NCBI GenBank assembly: GCA_052169395.1
Contig: JBQNCN010000003.1
Coordinates: forward strand, 242,279 to 306,278
Origin: Candidatus Fimenecus sp.
GTDB lineage: Bacteria > Bacillota > Clostridia > Oscillospirales > Acutalibacteraceae
Direction: 5' to 3'
DNA: 64,000 bases
Below are positions 63,357 to 64,000 of the stretch, piece after piece; the stretch's first letter is position 1, and every line of letters begins with the position of its first letter. The notes below the pieces were generated by a model that did no database searches, was not told the DNA's origin, and worked only from the letters and a program-made list of their open reading frames with translations. The position numbers and the translations under genes were made by a program.

Positions 63357-64000
63357 TTAATAATAATTTTCTTTCGCAATATTTCTTAAACTTTCAATTT
63401 CAAACTTTCTGTCTTGACTTCCAAAAACTGAACTTCCCGCCACAAAAATATTTGCACCTGCACTTGCTGCAATTTTTATGGTCTCTTTTGAAATTCCTCC
63501 ATCAACCTGAATATCAAGTTTATGATTTTGTCTTTCAGCTTCTTTTCTTATTTTGGAAACCTTTTGCATCATATCCTCCATGAATTTCTGACCGCCAAAT
63601 CCGGGTTCAACCGTCATCACAAGTACCATAGAAAGTTCTTTAATATAAGGAAAAATCGATTCTGCAGAAGTTTTAGGTTTTATAGCTATTGCCGGAGCCA
63701 TTTTTCTGAAACGAATTGCTTTTACAGTTTCTAATACATCACCATCGCTTTCAATATGAAAAGAAATCATATTTGCTCCCGCTTTTGCAAAATCATCTAT
63801 ATATTTAAGCGGTTCTGATATCATCAAATGAACATCAAACGGCATACAGGTACATTTACGCAGCGCCTTTACAACAGGTGCTCCAAAAGTTAAATTCGGA
63901 ACAAAATGTCCATCCATAACATCAAGATGAACTAAATCCGCATTGCAGCGCTCAAGTTCTCTTACCTCTTCTCCCATTTTTGTAAAATCACAAGATAAAA
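63357..64000 (-). CDS. rpe: Ribulose-phosphate 3-epimerase (N-terminus outside the window)
   Basis: HLDVMDGHFVPNLTFG, DVHLM, MTVEPGFGGQKF, VDGG. The reading frame stays open upstream of the tracked ATG to the window edge (..LSCDFTKMGEE), matching the usual SILSADF N-terminus. Confidence 0.9.
   Translation of the reverse strand, partial: LSCDFTKMGEEVRELERCNADLVHLDVMDGHFVPNLTFGAPVVKALRKCTCMPFDVHLMISEPLKYIDDFAKAGANMISFHIESDGDVLETVKAIRFRKMAPAIAIKPKTSAESIFPYIKELSMVLVMTVEPGFGGQKFMEDMMQKVSKIRKEAERQNHKLDIQVDGGISKETIKIAASAGANIFVAGSSVFGSQDRKFEIESLRNIAKENYY

Noticed and set aside
1-64000. Search for mobile elements, prophage genes, CRISPR arrays, toxin-antitoxin pairs or known defence systems
   Set aside because: I found no transposase, integrase, recombinase, Cas, restriction-modification or phage-structural motif in any tracked ORF. 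There is no array of regularly spaced direct repeats, and neither tRNA is flanked by an integrated element. The window looks like core chromosome.

Overview
The window is a visibly AT-rich, Firmicutes/Clostridia-like chromosomal segment. It is densely packed with about 60 protein genes, mostly housekeeping, often joined by 1-nt or 4-nt stop/start overlaps. I support the following from the sequence:

- Envelope genes: a fused MacB-type ABC transporter cut by the left edge, and an LCP / DegT aminotransferase / phosphohexomutase group.
- Efflux: a TetR-MMPL-lipoprotein operon with twin palindromic operators.
- RNA features: two solitary tRNAs, Arg-CCT and Leu-CAG, and a tryptophan T-box leader in front of a lone trpB.
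- Nucleotide and cofactor metabolism: purA, pncB-ppa and queH.
- Zinc homeostasis: a znuACB-like uptake operon with a Fur/Zur-type box and an extra fourth gene, plus an ArsR/SmtB repressor with a P1B ATPase.
- Redox: desulfoferrodoxin, and a long coupled operon apbE / NusG-II protein / Gx transporter / rnfCDGEAB / GH29 fucosidase.
- Other core genes: mscL-proC, rpsT, and the block rnj-gdpP-rplI-dnaB-tilS-hpt-ftsH.
- Remaining genes: MATE, YbjQ and EamA transporters, a predicted PPi-dependent phosphofructokinase, an orphan radical SAM gene, potABCD followed by a WYL regulator and a HAD hydrolase, and a partial rpe at the right edge.

I saw no transposase, integrase, phage gene, CRISPR array or recognisable defence gene. 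I therefore cannot point to a clear-cut new multi-gene system.

The best candidates for unexplored biology are:
- the uncharacterised NusG-II/Gx membrane pair welded between apbE and rnfC;
- the Trp T-box on an orphan trpB;
- the extra gene in the zinc-uptake operon;
- the WYL regulator appended to potABCD;
- an unannotated 34-codon membrane ORF;
- an ArsR-operator-like element that occurs twice, 53 kb apart.

All functional calls come from motif recognition by eye. No database search was run.
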